Notes: generated from the letters alone by a model not told the origin. Shown: positions 16,784 through 27,100, counted from the stretch's first letter. The stretch: DNA of 64,000 nucleotides from an uncultured Bacteroides sp. (GCA_964398075.1 CAYNMA010000002.1:222-64221); one strand, 5' to 3'. Numbers and translations: made by a program.

Positions 16784-17734
16784 TTACAACCACTTTTTCA
16801 ACTTAAAGATAGCCAAAACGAGCAGTGTGAACACCACCATCATGGCTACGGCAAAGAGGTATCCGTGGTGCCAATGTAACTCTGGCATAAAGTCAAAGTT
16901 CATGCCATACATGCTCGCAATGAGTGTAGGTGGAAGGAAAATAACATTGACCACAGTGAATATCTTGATGATCTTGTTCTGTTCGATATTAACCAAACCG
17001 AGGAAGGTATCTTGCAGGTAGTCCAGACGGTCGAAACCAAATCGTGTGTACTCGAACAATGAATTGATATCCTTAATAATCATTGTCAATCGAGGTTGCA
17101 ACTCGCTCGGAATAAAGTCGCATTTGAGTAGGTTCGATATCACGCGTTGTTTATCCATGATATTCTGTCGGATGATAGTCACTTTTTCCTGCAAGTCCTT
17201 GATCTGTATCAGTACATCTTCGTCGACATGGTCGCTCGTCTTATTGATTTCCGATGATAGGTTGGTAATCAAGTCGGTGGTGTCCTCAATCATATCGGCA
17301 TCGTATTCCACACGAGTCTCCATCAGTGCCACAAACACATGGAAGCCTGTTGGGAAGTTACGCGTATTGACGAACATTTTCTTCACCGTATCGTTAAATG
17401 AGTTTAGTTCCGCATCGCGTACGGTGACCAGTACGCCGTTCTTGATGATGAAGTTGACAGGCTCTATGTCGAAGTTATTCTGCAAAAAGTTTGAGTTTGC
17501 CACAATCGAATCGTCGGTCTGCATATATCGACTCGACATCTCGATCTCTTCCATCTCTTCGTCTTCCTGAATATAGATCTTCAAGAACTGCTCCAACTCG
17601 CTTTCTACCTCTTCTTTCACATCGAGTAGGTCAATCCAGATGATATCTTTCTTGTCAATCTTCTTCAAGATATCCAAGGTCTTCGATATCTTTATCTTCT
17701 CGGACTCTTTATAGAATATTCTCAGTTCTGACAT
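16784..17734 (-). CDS. corA: Magnesium/cobalt transporter CorA
   Basis: YGMNF signature followed by two C-terminal TM helices. 316 aa. Confidence 0.9.
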   Translation of the reverse strand: MSELRIFYKESEKIKISKTLDILKKIDKKDIIWIDLLDVKEEVESELEQFLKIYIQEDEEMEEIEMSSRYMQTDDSIVANSNFLQNNFDIEPVNFIIKNGVLVTVRDAELNSFNDTVKKMFVNTRNFPTGFHVFVALMETRVEYDADMIEDTTDLITNLSSEINKTSDHVDEDVLIQIKDLQEKVTIIRQNIMDKQRVISNLLKCDFIPSELQPRLTMIIKDINSLFEYTRFGFDRLDYLQDTFLGLVNIEQNKIIKIFTVVNVIFLPPTLIASMYGMNFDFMPELHWHHGYLFAVAMMVVFTLLVLAIFKLKKWL

Positions 17735-18516
17735 GGCTTTTCTTTTAGTAGTGTTTCTATTAGGTTGGTTAGTCCGACAAACTCTTCCACGGATAACTGT
17801 TCGGGTCGTTTGTCAAAGATACTCGCTGTGCAGTACTCTTTGTCTATCAGGCTCTGCAACGAGTTGCGTAACTGCTTTCGACGCTGATTAAAGGCGGTCT
17901 TCACGATGGTCTTAAAAAGTGTTTCGTTGCAGTCGAGACTCTGTCGATCGTTGCGAGTCAGTCGCACAACTGCCGACTTCACTTTAGGCGGAGGCAAGAA
18001 CACATTCTCGTCTACCGTGAAGAGGTATTCGATATTATAATACGCTTGCAGCAATACGGATAAGATCCCATAAGCCTTCTTGCCAGGTTTCGAGGCGATG
18101 CGCTCTGCCACCTCTTTTTGTATCATGCCGACACAGCAAGGGATCGAGTTGCGATGTTCCAGTACTTTGAAAAAGATCTGTGATGAGATGTTATACGGAT
18201 AGTTGCCTATCACGCAGAACGGCTGATGATTGGGATATAACTGGTCTAAGTCTAAACGCAGAAAATCGCCCTCTATGAGGTGCAATTCCGGATAATAAAC
18301 CTTTAGATAATCTACCGATTCGCTGTCTAACTCTATTGCTGTTAGGTCAAATAGAGGATTCTGGAGCAAGAACTGAGTAAGCACTCCCGTTCCTGGTCCT
18401 ACTTCAAGCACTGGTATTCGAGCATCGACTACCAAACTCTCTGCTATGGCTCGTGCAACACCTAAATCCTTCAGAAAGTGCTGACCCAGAGCCTTCTTCG
18501 CACGTACTTGTTGCAT
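17722..18516 (-). CDS. rsmA: 16S rRNA (adenine1518/1519-N6)-dimethyltransferase
   Basis: KKALGQHFL and the SAM motif VLEVGPGTGVLT. 264 aa. Confidence 0.93.
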   Translation of the reverse strand: MQQVRAKKALGQHFLKDLGVARAIAESLVVDARIPVLEVGPGTGVLTQFLLQNPLFDLTAIELDSESVDYLKVYYPELHLIEGDFLRLDLDQLYPNHQPFCVIGNYPYNISSQIFFKVLEHRNSIPCCVGMIQKEVAERIASKPGKKAYGILSVLLQAYYNIEYLFTVDENVFLPPPKVKSAVVRLTRNDRQSLDCNETLFKTIVKTAFNQRRKQLRNSLQSLIDKEYCTASIFDKRPEQLSVEEFVGLTNLIETLLKEKPCQN

Positions 18517-18588
18517 CTTGGTGATAGTCCATATAGGGTAAATTTGGTTTATAATAGGTTACTAATTTGGTTTTCCAACTTTTCTTAG

Positions 18589-18596
18589 TAACTTTG
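18589..18596 (+). promoter_or_regulatory. -7 box TAacTTTG (with TTTG at 18566-18569) for the gtrA-like operon
   Basis: taactttg lies 29 nt before the ATG at 18625. The -33 TTTG is 19 nt upstream. Confidence 0.55.
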
Positions 18597-18602
18597 CAAT
18601 CG

Positions 18603-18610
18603 CAAAAGTA
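18603..18610 (-). promoter_or_regulatory. -7 box TActTTTG oriented toward rsmA
   Basis: The reverse complement of caaaagta. It is part of a 22-nt exact repeat shared with 46495-46516. Confidence 0.45.
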
Positions 18611-18624
18611 CGACAATTATTTTA

Positions 18625-19104
18625 ATGATGCAACGGTTAGCACATATAATAACGCAAATAATAGATTTTTTCTATCAACCTTTCCGAAAAATATGCTCAG
18701 AGCAGTTCTTTCGGTATGGTGCTTGTGGCTCTGCTAACATGGTTCTCGACTGGGTTTTATACTTTATCGTCTATAACTTTGTGCTGCGCCACCACGAACT
18801 CAATCTCTATTTCGTCACACTCTCGTCGCATATCGCTGCGTTGTGTATTGTCTTTCCTATCACTCTCTTCACGGGTTTCTGGCTCAATAAGTATGTCACC
18901 TTCAAGCAGTCCTCGCTCAAGGGTTACCGGCAGTTGTTGCGCTATATCCTTATTGTCTGCCTCAATCTACTTATCAACTATTTTGGGTTGAAACTGCTGG
19001 TCGATATATGCGGACTCTACCCTACTCCGTCGAAGATGATTGTGACGGTCGTCACTGTGGCTGTGTCCTACTTCGGACAAAAATACTTCTCCTTTAAGTC
19101 CTGA
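18625..19104 (+). CDS. GtrA family membrane protein
   Basis: 159 aa with four TM segments. FFRYGACGSANMVLDWVLYF is typical of GtrA-like proteins. Confidence 0.8.
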   Translation: MMQRLAHIITQIIDFFYQPFRKICSEQFFRYGACGSANMVLDWVLYFIVYNFVLRHHELNLYFVTLSSHIAALCIVFPITLFTGFWLNKYVTFKQSSLKGYRQLLRYILIVCLNLLINYFGLKLLVDICGLYPTPSKMIVTVVTVAVSYFGQKYFSFKS

Positions 19105-19106
19105 CT

Positions 19107-20042
19107 ATGACGCGCAAAACATTGCCATATCAGAAGATTATCAATGTCCTACTCATCCTAATTGCTTTAGGATATCTACTCTATCGGCTTCTCACTTTTA
19201 ACGACTACCCCGCTTTCTTTGCGCATTTTCAGTCCTGTTCCCTTGCCGACTACTGTCTGCTTGTCATCGCTTTTCTGCTCTTTCCTCTCAATATAGCCAT
19301 CGAAGCGTTCCGGTGGCAGTATCTCTTGCGCGATGTCGAACCAATCTCTTTTCGGGAAGCCAATCGGCAGGTCTATTATGGCTGCGTAGGTGCTTTCATC
19401 ACGCCTAACCGCTTAGGTGAGTATCCCACACGGGCACTTCTGCTGAAGGATCAGTCGCACTATTTGCAGGCTATCACACTCGGATTCGTGGGTAGTTTTG
19501 CTATGCTATGTATCATCGAAGTCATTGGTATCACCGCTGTGGTATATTTCTTTTTGCATTATGTGCAGAACTCCACTTCGCAAGTCATCATCTTTACTTG
19601 TTACCTTATTCTCGTTCTTGCTCTTTTCTTGATATTGATTTTTTTCCCACGGATATACGCTTTTTGCGCTACACGCTTTCATGGTAAAGCGTTGCAGATA
19701 CTCGAAGCCACCGCACACCTTGGCTATAAGCGTTTTTTTATCCTCTGCCTACAAACGCTTTTGCGGTATCTTATTTTCTCGTTCCAACTCTATTGTTTCC
19801 TCTATTTCTGCGGAGTACCTCTCTCTTTCCTACAAGCCATTATTGCTATTCCTTCCTATTATTCCTTAGTCAGTATCATGCCCTCTATCCCTGTTGCCGA
19901 TACTATATTCCGTGGCAGTTGGGCTCTCATTGTCTTCTCTTTCTTCACACCCAACACTCCGAATATCGCCACCGCCGTACTCCTTATCTGGATCATCAAC
20001 ACCGTCATACCGATGCTCATTGGTATGGTCACGAGTAGATGA
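19107..20042 (+). CDS. Lysylphosphatidylglycerol-synthase-TM-region-like (UPF0104, flippase-like) membrane protein
   Basis: 311-aa polytopic protein, 2 nt after the gtrA-like gene. It shows family-level resemblance only. Confidence 0.65.
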   Translation: MTRKTLPYQKIINVLLILIALGYLLYRLLTFNDYPAFFAHFQSCSLADYCLLVIAFLLFPLNIAIEAFRWQYLLRDVEPISFREANRQVYYGCVGAFITPNRLGEYPTRALLLKDQSHYLQAITLGFVGSFAMLCIIEVIGITAVVYFFLHYVQNSTSQVIIFTCYLILVLALFLILIFFPRIYAFCATRFHGKALQILEATAHLGYKRFFILCLQTLLRYLIFSFQLYCFLYFCGVPLSFLQAIIAIPSYYSLVSIMPSIPVADTIFRGSWALIVFSFFTPNTPNIATAVLLIWIINTVIPMLIGMVTSR

Positions 20043-20253
20043 TATATGTATGATGTATGTGCGCTAAATGGCTAAACATAATCACTTTGTTCAAATGTGC
20101 GTTTTTTTAAGATTTTTTCCCTTTAGACCACTCTTCTCAGTGGACACTTTTTATCGAAGGAATAAGCAACCCATAAAAAGTTTCAAATTTTAGGATTAAC
20201 ATTCTTTCTAATCCCCATAGCTTCCATCATTCGCTAAGGTAATATCCCAATCT

Positions 20254-20296
20254 TTTTCCAAAAGTTGCGGAATAACTTTTCCAAAAGTTGCGGAAT
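20254..20296. repeat. Tandem direct repeat TTTTCCAAAAGTTGCGGAAT x2 (period 23)
   Basis: Copies at 20254-20273 and 20277-20296, read directly. Confidence 0.9.
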
Positions 20297-20414
20297 GTTT
20301 GCATTATTCATCTGTTTTTCATATAGTTACATCAATAATAAAATAACTGATTTTGGTATAATTTTTGCACGATCATTTGGCATATTTTGAGTCTATTATT
20401 TGACCTTCTCTTTT

Positions 20415-21104
20415 ATGTACACCACCACACAGGCTATAGTATTACATCTGCAGAAGTATAACGACAAGACTTCTATCTTGCATACTTACACGCAGGATGC
20501 AGGGCGGGTGCAGTATATTGTGCATATCACAAAGAAGAACAACCTAATGGCGCAGTTGCAGCCTTTATCGATTATTGAGATAGAAGCCAATACGCTAGGC
20601 ACGTCCTCGCAACTACCTCATATCAAGTCCGTTCGACTGGTACAAGTGCCACAAGACACCGATATACGACACCTCACTGTTTCTATTTTTATAGCCGAGA
20701 TACTATATAAGATTCTTCGGCATCCCCTACCCGACCAGCCGTTGTTCGATTACTTAGTGCAAGCCATACAAGACCTCAACACATCCGCTACGATAGAGAA
20801 CTGCCACTTGCAGTTTATGATCAACCTCACCAATTACTTAGGCATCATGCCCAATATCGATGCTGAAGCTGATTGGTTGGATATGCAAACGGGACTCACC
20901 ACTGCGACGAAGCCTGCCCATAAGGATTTCTTTGATAAGGACGAGATACAACTGCTCAATGCATTGTCGTTTTCTACCGATGTGAATATCTCACGCGCGA
21001 CACGCCAACAACTGCTCGATAAGTTATGTCGTTACTACGAACTACATCTTAACGATTTCTACATACCCAAATCATTGGATATACTCAAGGAATTATTTGA
21101 CTGA
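20415..21104 (+). CDS. recO: DNA repair protein RecO
   Basis: MYTTTQAIVLHLQKYNDKTSILHTYT has the RecO OB-fold N-terminus. The ATG at 20415 is preferred over the TTG at 20400. Confidence 0.85.
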   Translation: MYTTTQAIVLHLQKYNDKTSILHTYTQDAGRVQYIVHITKKNNLMAQLQPLSIIEIEANTLGTSSQLPHIKSVRLVQVPQDTDIRHLTVSIFIAEILYKILRHPLPDQPLFDYLVQAIQDLNTSATIENCHLQFMINLTNYLGIMPNIDAEADWLDMQTGLTTATKPAHKDFFDKDEIQLLNALSFSTDVNISRATRQQLLDKLCRYYELHLNDFYIPKSLDILKELFD

Positions 21105-22023
21105 ATACTCCTAATCCGATCCATACAAGATTGTGCAGGAGAAACAAAATATTCGCTTTTGTGGTGTGTTTCTTGTTGAAGTAATAGGTCAGCAAAGCCG
21201 TTAAACCCAATATAGTGATAGGAAGCAACGACGAAAAGTGTTCGGGTGGGAAGAACATCATGATGGCTGATAGGAACATCGAGACGCCAAAACAGATGAG
21301 ATAACTTTGGATGCTATATATCTCGTCGCGCAAAGCTGCTACGGCAAAGCATAGTGTCAAGAGGCTCTCGAACGCCAAGGTACTCAATTGGACTATCTGC
21401 CAAGTGCTTAACTCGGCAGCATGGGTACGCGATACGATATATGACGGGCTGCCTAAGCATATCCAGCCGAAGTGCTGCATGAGGGCAGCGTAGATAAGTA
21501 TCACACCCACCCCAATCAGCGAAGCCAACCACACGCGCAGGTTGAGTGAACGCTCTACGTAGAACATCAACCACAACATCGGAATAAAGAGCAAGATGTC
21601 GGGTATCAATAGGCTGGCAAGACACAGCAAGATAGTAGCCAGAAGACTCTCTTCTACGGCATGTGGTTTACGGAAGGTCTTCAATGTGAGCAATGAGGCA
21701 AGCAGGAAAGCGAGAACAACCAATTGGTCTTTCCATGCAACATGGAGTGTTGAGAGGCTACCTATAAACAGCATGTATAGTGCAACGAGGGTGGTAGATT
21801 GTGTTCTTGTGACGCCCATATCTAAGGTGATGAGCATCAGTAGCACGGCATTCACCACCATAGCTAGATAGGTACCCAAGAGAGTGAAGATATAACCCGC
21901 ACTCAAGTCGGTGCCGATGAAATCGGGTACCCATAACAATGTGCTTATAATCAAGTTGATGACTACAAGAACATTACTGTCTATCACTTTACCAAGCGTG
22001 TTCCTCATATCTTTTATAACCAT
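21085..22023 (-). CDS. Polytopic membrane protein of unknown function
   Basis: 312 aa with about 9 hydrophobic helices. Its 3' end overlaps the recO 3' end by 20 nt in convergent orientation. Confidence 0.7.
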   Translation of the reverse strand: MVIKDMRNTLGKVIDSNVLVVINLIISTLLWVPDFIGTDLSAGYIFTLLGTYLAMVVNAVLLMLITLDMGVTRTQSTTLVALYMLFIGSLSTLHVAWKDQLVVLAFLLASLLTLKTFRKPHAVEESLLATILLCLASLLIPDILLFIPMLWLMFYVERSLNLRVWLASLIGVGVILIYAALMQHFGWICLGSPSYIVSRTHAAELSTWQIVQLSTLAFESLLTLCFAVAALRDEIYSIQSYLICFGVSMFLSAIMMFFPPEHFSSLLPITILGLTALLTYYFNKKHTTKANILFLLHNLVWIGLGVFSQIIP

Positions 22024-22050
22024 AGGCGGAATATTTCGTATTCCGCCTAT
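22022..22050 (-). terminator. Perfect 12-bp hairpin between dcp and the membrane-protein gene, overlapping that gene's first ATG
   Basis: ATAGGCGGAATA-tttcg-TATTCCGCCTAT read directly. No U-run follows in the minus sense. Confidence 0.45.
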
Positions 22051-22060
22051 GTGGTAGTGT

Positions 22061-24160
22061 TTATTCTACAAAACCTAAGCGTTCGAGTAAGTGCTTCGGG
22101 TCAGCCTCTTGCCCACGGAACTCTTGATAGAGTTCGGCAGCATCACGCGTGCCTCCCTGCTCCAGCAGGTGTTGGAAACGCTTAGCGACTTCGGGGTTGA
22201 GGATGTCTCCTGTCTCAGCAAAAGCCGAGAAAGCATCGGCATCGAGCACAGCCGACCACGTGTAACTATAGTAACCTGCCTCGTAGCCGGTGGTGAAGAT
22301 ATGGTTGTAGAAAGTGGAACGATAGCGTACGATAATCTCAGGTATCATACCCATCTTCTGCATCGACTGTGCCTCGAAAGCGTTGACATCGAAGTCGGCA
22401 GTGTCGCATATCTCGTGATAGTCCATATCGAGGATAGAAGCCGAGAGTAGTTCGGTCTCGACAAAGCCTTTGTTGAAGGTCTTGGCGTTGTTGATCTTAG
22501 CAATCAGTGAGTCGGGGATGACCTCGCCTGTCTGATAATGGAAGGCATAAGTCTTCATTATCTCAGGACGATAGCAGTAGTTCTCCATGAATTGGGAAGG
22601 CAGTTCGACAAAGTCGCGTGGGGTATTCGTTCCCGACAGCGTTTTGTAGGTAGCCTTCGACTGCAGACCGTGGAGGGCATGTCCGAACTCATGAAAGAGT
22701 GTCTCGACATCATCCATAGAGAGCAGCGATGGATTGCCTTGTGTAGGACGGTTGAAGTTGCCGACATTGATGATGACAGGACGATGGTCTACGCCTTCGG
22801 CATCGACATACTGACTGAGGATATTGTTCATCCAAGCCCCAGGACGTTTGCCGGCACGTGGAAAATAGTCGGTGTAGAAGATGCCCACGAGGTTACCCTC
22901 GGCATCGGTTACCTTGAAGACCTCGACCTCTTTGTTATAAACGGGCATGTCCTTTAGTGGCTCGAAGTTGAGACCATAGAGGTTGTGTGCCAGTTGGAAG
23001 ACGCCCTTGCGGACATTGCTGAGCTCGAAGTAAGGCTTCAGTTCCTCTTCGTTGAGGTCGTACTTAGCCTTACGCAGTTTCTCGGCATAGTACCACCAGT
23101 CCCACGGTTGCAGTTTCTCACCTGGGAGGTCTTGTTCGAGAAGTGCTTGCAGTGCTGCAGCCTCACGCTTTGCTGCAGCCAGACTGGGTTGCCATACGGA
23201 CTGCAGGAAAGCATCGACGGTTTTACTGTCCTTAGCCATACAGTCGGAGAGAATATAGTCGGCAGGGCAGTTATAACCAAAGAGATGCGCTTTCTCTACA
23301 CGCAGTTTCATAGTCTTAACGATGACGGCTTTGTTGTCGTACTCGTTGTCGTGGTTACCACGGGTGGTGTATGCCATCAGCAGTTCGTGACGCAGTTCAC
23401 GGTTGTCGCAGTACTGCAGTACAGGCGTGAAACTGGTGCGCTTAGGCGTAAAGAGCCATGCATCGGGACGACCGGCAGCCACTGCCTCTTCTTTCGCTGC
23501 AGCCTTGGCACTCTCGGGTAGACCCGATAGTTGTGCTTCGTCGGTGACGAAGAGCTGGTAAGCATTGGTCTCGGCTACCACGTTATTGCCGAACTGCAGA
23601 GAGAGTAGACCGAGTTCCTTGTTTATCTCTTTGAGTCGCGCTTTCTGTTCAGGATTGAGGTTAGCACCATTGTTAACGAACGCCTTATAGGTCTCGGTGA
23701 GTAGACGCATCTGTTCGGCATTAAGACCGAGTTGTTCTCGTTGCTCATAGACGGCTTTAACACGCTGGAAGAGTGAGTCGTTGAGTAGGATTCCATCGCT
23801 CAAGTCGGAGAGTAGGGGAGAAACCTCTTCGGCGATAGCATTCATCTCATCATTGCCATCTGCCTCAAGGACATTGAAGAAGACTCCTGATACACGCTCG
23901 AGAAGTCCTCCTGCACGGTCGAGAGCCACGATAGTGTTCTCGAAGGTAGGTGCTTCCGGATTGTGGGTGATAGCATCTATCTCGGCTTGGTTTTGAGCAA
24001 TAGCCTCCTGGAAAGCAGGCAGGTAATGCTCGTTCTTGATCTGGTCGAAAGCAGGTACTCCATACGGAGTGTTCCCCTCTGTGAGAAGAGGATTGGTGTT
24101 GTTGTTACATGCCATAAGCGTAAAGAGCGCAAGGCCCATTAATAGATTATTTGTTCTCAT
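22061..24160 (-). CDS. dcp: M3 family peptidyl-dipeptidase
   Basis: HEFGHALH zinc motif and M3 length. The lipoprotein-like start MRTNNLLMGLALFTLMAC is preferred over the upstream track start. Confidence 0.9.
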   Translation of the reverse strand: MRTNNLLMGLALFTLMACNNNTNPLLTEGNTPYGVPAFDQIKNEHYLPAFQEAIAQNQAEIDAITHNPEAPTFENTIVALDRAGGLLERVSGVFFNVLEADGNDEMNAIAEEVSPLLSDLSDGILLNDSLFQRVKAVYEQREQLGLNAEQMRLLTETYKAFVNNGANLNPEQKARLKEINKELGLLSLQFGNNVVAETNAYQLFVTDEAQLSGLPESAKAAAKEEAVAAGRPDAWLFTPKRTSFTPVLQYCDNRELRHELLMAYTTRGNHDNEYDNKAVIVKTMKLRVEKAHLFGYNCPADYILSDCMAKDSKTVDAFLQSVWQPSLAAAKREAAALQALLEQDLPGEKLQPWDWWYYAEKLRKAKYDLNEEELKPYFELSNVRKGVFQLAHNLYGLNFEPLKDMPVYNKEVEVFKVTDAEGNLVGIFYTDYFPRAGKRPGAWMNNILSQYVDAEGVDHRPVIINVGNFNRPTQGNPSLLSMDDVETLFHEFGHALHGLQSKATYKTLSGTNTPRDFVELPSQFMENYCYRPEIMKTYAFHYQTGEVIPDSLIAKINNAKTFNKGFVETELLSASILDMDYHEICDTADFDVNAFEAQSMQKMGMIPEIIVRYRSTFYNHIFTTGYEAGYYSYTWSAVLDADAFSAFAETGDILNPEVAKRFQHLLEQGGTRDAAELYQEFRGQEADPKHLLERLGFVE

Positions 24161-27100
24161 TTTCTGTAGTATTTGTATCGTTAGTAGTATCCGACTCATC
24201 GGATTGTATCTTCACGTTCTTGCGCATAGACTCACGGATGGTCTTACGCAGGTTAGCCGATTCCTTGTCTACCTCCTTATGGAAGAATGGCTTGAAGTCT
24301 TGGGCATACTTACATTTTGCCAACTTGATATGCAGGTCGTCGATATTACCGGAGACATTGACGCCGAGGTAGATAGGTGAGAGGACATTGATATCGTAGT
24401 CGAAGGTCATGTCGAGGTTATGTCGTCCACCGAGAGCGACCATGTAGTTGTCCATGGATACACAGAACGGATAGACGTCGATCTCTTTCTTGTAGACCGT
24501 TATCTCGGCAGAGAGGCTATCGATCTTGTTCTCGGTCTTCTTGTTGAACAGCAGCAGTTTAGATATCGTGCTAAAGGTCTTGCTATCCATGACGACAAGG
24601 TCTTTTCCGAAGATGCTACATGCTCCACGGAGAGTGGATGGCTTGAGCTCGTACTTCGCATTAGTGTAGGTCTCGGCAGCGAGATGGAACTCGGCGGCAC
24701 CCTTGAAGGAACGCAACATAGGTACGATAGAGTCGAGTTGCGGAATCATGTGGATGAGTTCCTCGATGTTGACATCTATCATGTGGTAGTCGAAGCCGAC
24801 ATAGATATGGTTGCGACGTGGAGTACGGTACATAGCCGTGAGTTGCAGTTTGGCCGCATTGCATACGAAACCGACTTCCTCCAGCACCAGTTTGCCGTCT
24901 TGGATGTATATCTTACCCTTTAGGTTATGTGCCACTTCGTTGAAGACAACCGCCTCTTTAATGTGGGTGTTGAGAGCCACATTGACATGGAGAGGAACGA
25001 GGAAGGGGTTCGCTTCGCTTGTTGTTTGCGTTGTTGCTGTTGTTTCCGTCGTTTGCGTAGTGGCTGTAGTGTCCGTAGTGGTCTCTTCGCTGCCGGAGTC
25101 GGCGGAGCAGAGAGCGAGTAGTTCATTGACATCGGTATGGTCGGATACGAAGTTGAGTTCGCCTTCCATATCTCCCTTCTTGCGCAGCCATGCGCCAATG
25201 TTCTTTACCTCGCCAGATAGGGCAAAGTCGGAGTTGCCGAGTCGTATCTGTGACTGTGCGATATTGAAGTCCTTGTTGGAGTATGAGAACGATATCTGCG
25301 GTATATAAACAGTCTGTGTGAGACTGGCAAGATGTGCCTCGCCATTGGTGAGGTCGACATCGAGTTTCGGGTTCCACTGCAGAAGGATATTCTCGCCGTT
25401 CTTGTTATATCGCGCTGAGGCTGCGATACTCACGGCATCGGTCTTCACCTGCATATCGCTACCTATGTTGGCATTGAGAGCATTGGTTTGGATAGTCGCT
25501 TTGAGGCGTGGTATGGTCTTGTTCTTCTTACTTGGACTGAGACTCGCCGTGAGAGCGGATTTCTTGAGGTGTGCCTGTATGTCGGTGTAGTTACCTCGCA
25601 GGTCATCGAATGCCACCTCGGCTTGCAGCACAGGGATAGCCGTAGTGTCCTTGCTGTTGTACTCGGCATACGCCTTGAGTTCGGGTGCGATGATGGTTGC
25701 CGCCATACTGTCCATTGAGGCGGTGAGTGACTCGGAAGACTTGAGGTCGACAGTGGCATACCATATAGGGTTTGTGCCTAATATATTGCTGGCTTCGAGG
25801 GTGAGGTCGGTCTTGCCGAGCGATGCCTGCAATGGGGTATTCATTTGGAAGTCCAATTGGTCTGTGGAGAGTGTTGCTGTTAACCAGTTGACTGTTTTCT
25901 TGCTCGGATGGCTGTTCGGGATAGTGAGCGTTAGGTGCGTCTTTGGCAGTTTGGCTGCCATACCCGACATCTGGTAATCGATGTTGGTCAGCATGAGGTC
26001 GCCAGAGATATGTCCCTTCTCAAGCCGCATGTTGGTGAGGTCATCCAATCGTATCTTCGCAGCGATATCACCTTTGGCGCGTCCTTTGAGGTTCATGCTG
26101 TCGGGTAGGAAATAGGCTACATCGGGCAGGTTGACATCGGCATTGATAGACAAGTCGAGCATCATGTCGCCTAATAGCTGGGTGACATCGCCAGTGGCTT
26201 CTAACTGTGTATTCAATGTCTTGGCTTTCAGACTATTGAAATGAACATTGCTGGCGTTATCGTTGTTGAGGTCGATATGTGCCAGAGCGTTGAGACTAAT
26301 GTCACGCAGCGTGTACGGCAACGAGGCGTATTTTCCTTCGCCATCTTCCAGTGCAAGTTGCGCATCAACAAGAGGCATCACGCTGTCGGCGTAGACACCT
26401 TTGACATCGGCATTGAGCGACACTATGCCATCGACATCGATATCCTTGAGCGACTCTGTGATAGACGCTGGCAGTAGGGATAGTAACGGCTTTATCTGCC
26501 ATTCCTTAGCCTGCAGGTTCATGTCGAGCGCAATAGAGTCGCCTATCTCGGTGGTACCATCTAACTGTACTGAGAACTCATTTATACGGAGCGAAGCCTT
26601 CTTGAGATTGAAGTACATCTTATCGAGGTCCACTGCCGCAGGGAGGTTGATCTCTACATTGAGGCTATCGGCATACTGCGTGTTGCCCATGGTAGCGCTC
26701 ACAGCGTCCGATTGCAGGTTGATCAAGACATCGTCCCACGACCCTGCTTGTGCTGTCAGTACGGTATTCTCCAACGCTGCTGAGATACTATCTTTCTTGT
26801 CTACGAATGATATATGTCTTCCCACTATCTTACCACCGCTCACTTGCAGTTCGTCGAACGGTAGTCCGGAAAAGGTAGTGTCTGTGGAGGTGGTGTCTGA
26901 TGAGATGGCAAACACATCGAAGTTGGTTGTGCCGTCCTCGGCAATAAAGATATTCGCCACGGCATCGTCGAGCAGTAGTTCTTTGACTTCCAGTCGGTTA
27001 TCATTCAGGAATGCCATTACATTCACCTTTGCCACCACCTCTTGGGCAGCCAATAGGGTATCGCTCTGTGCGCCTTCTTTTGGGTTGATGATATAGAGAC

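Noticed and set aside
24420-27096. Several 160-230-aa plus-strand ORFs inside the AsmA-like gene
   Set aside because: They are all antisense fragments of one continuous 1057-aa minus-strand ORF, and none has a start context or motifs.
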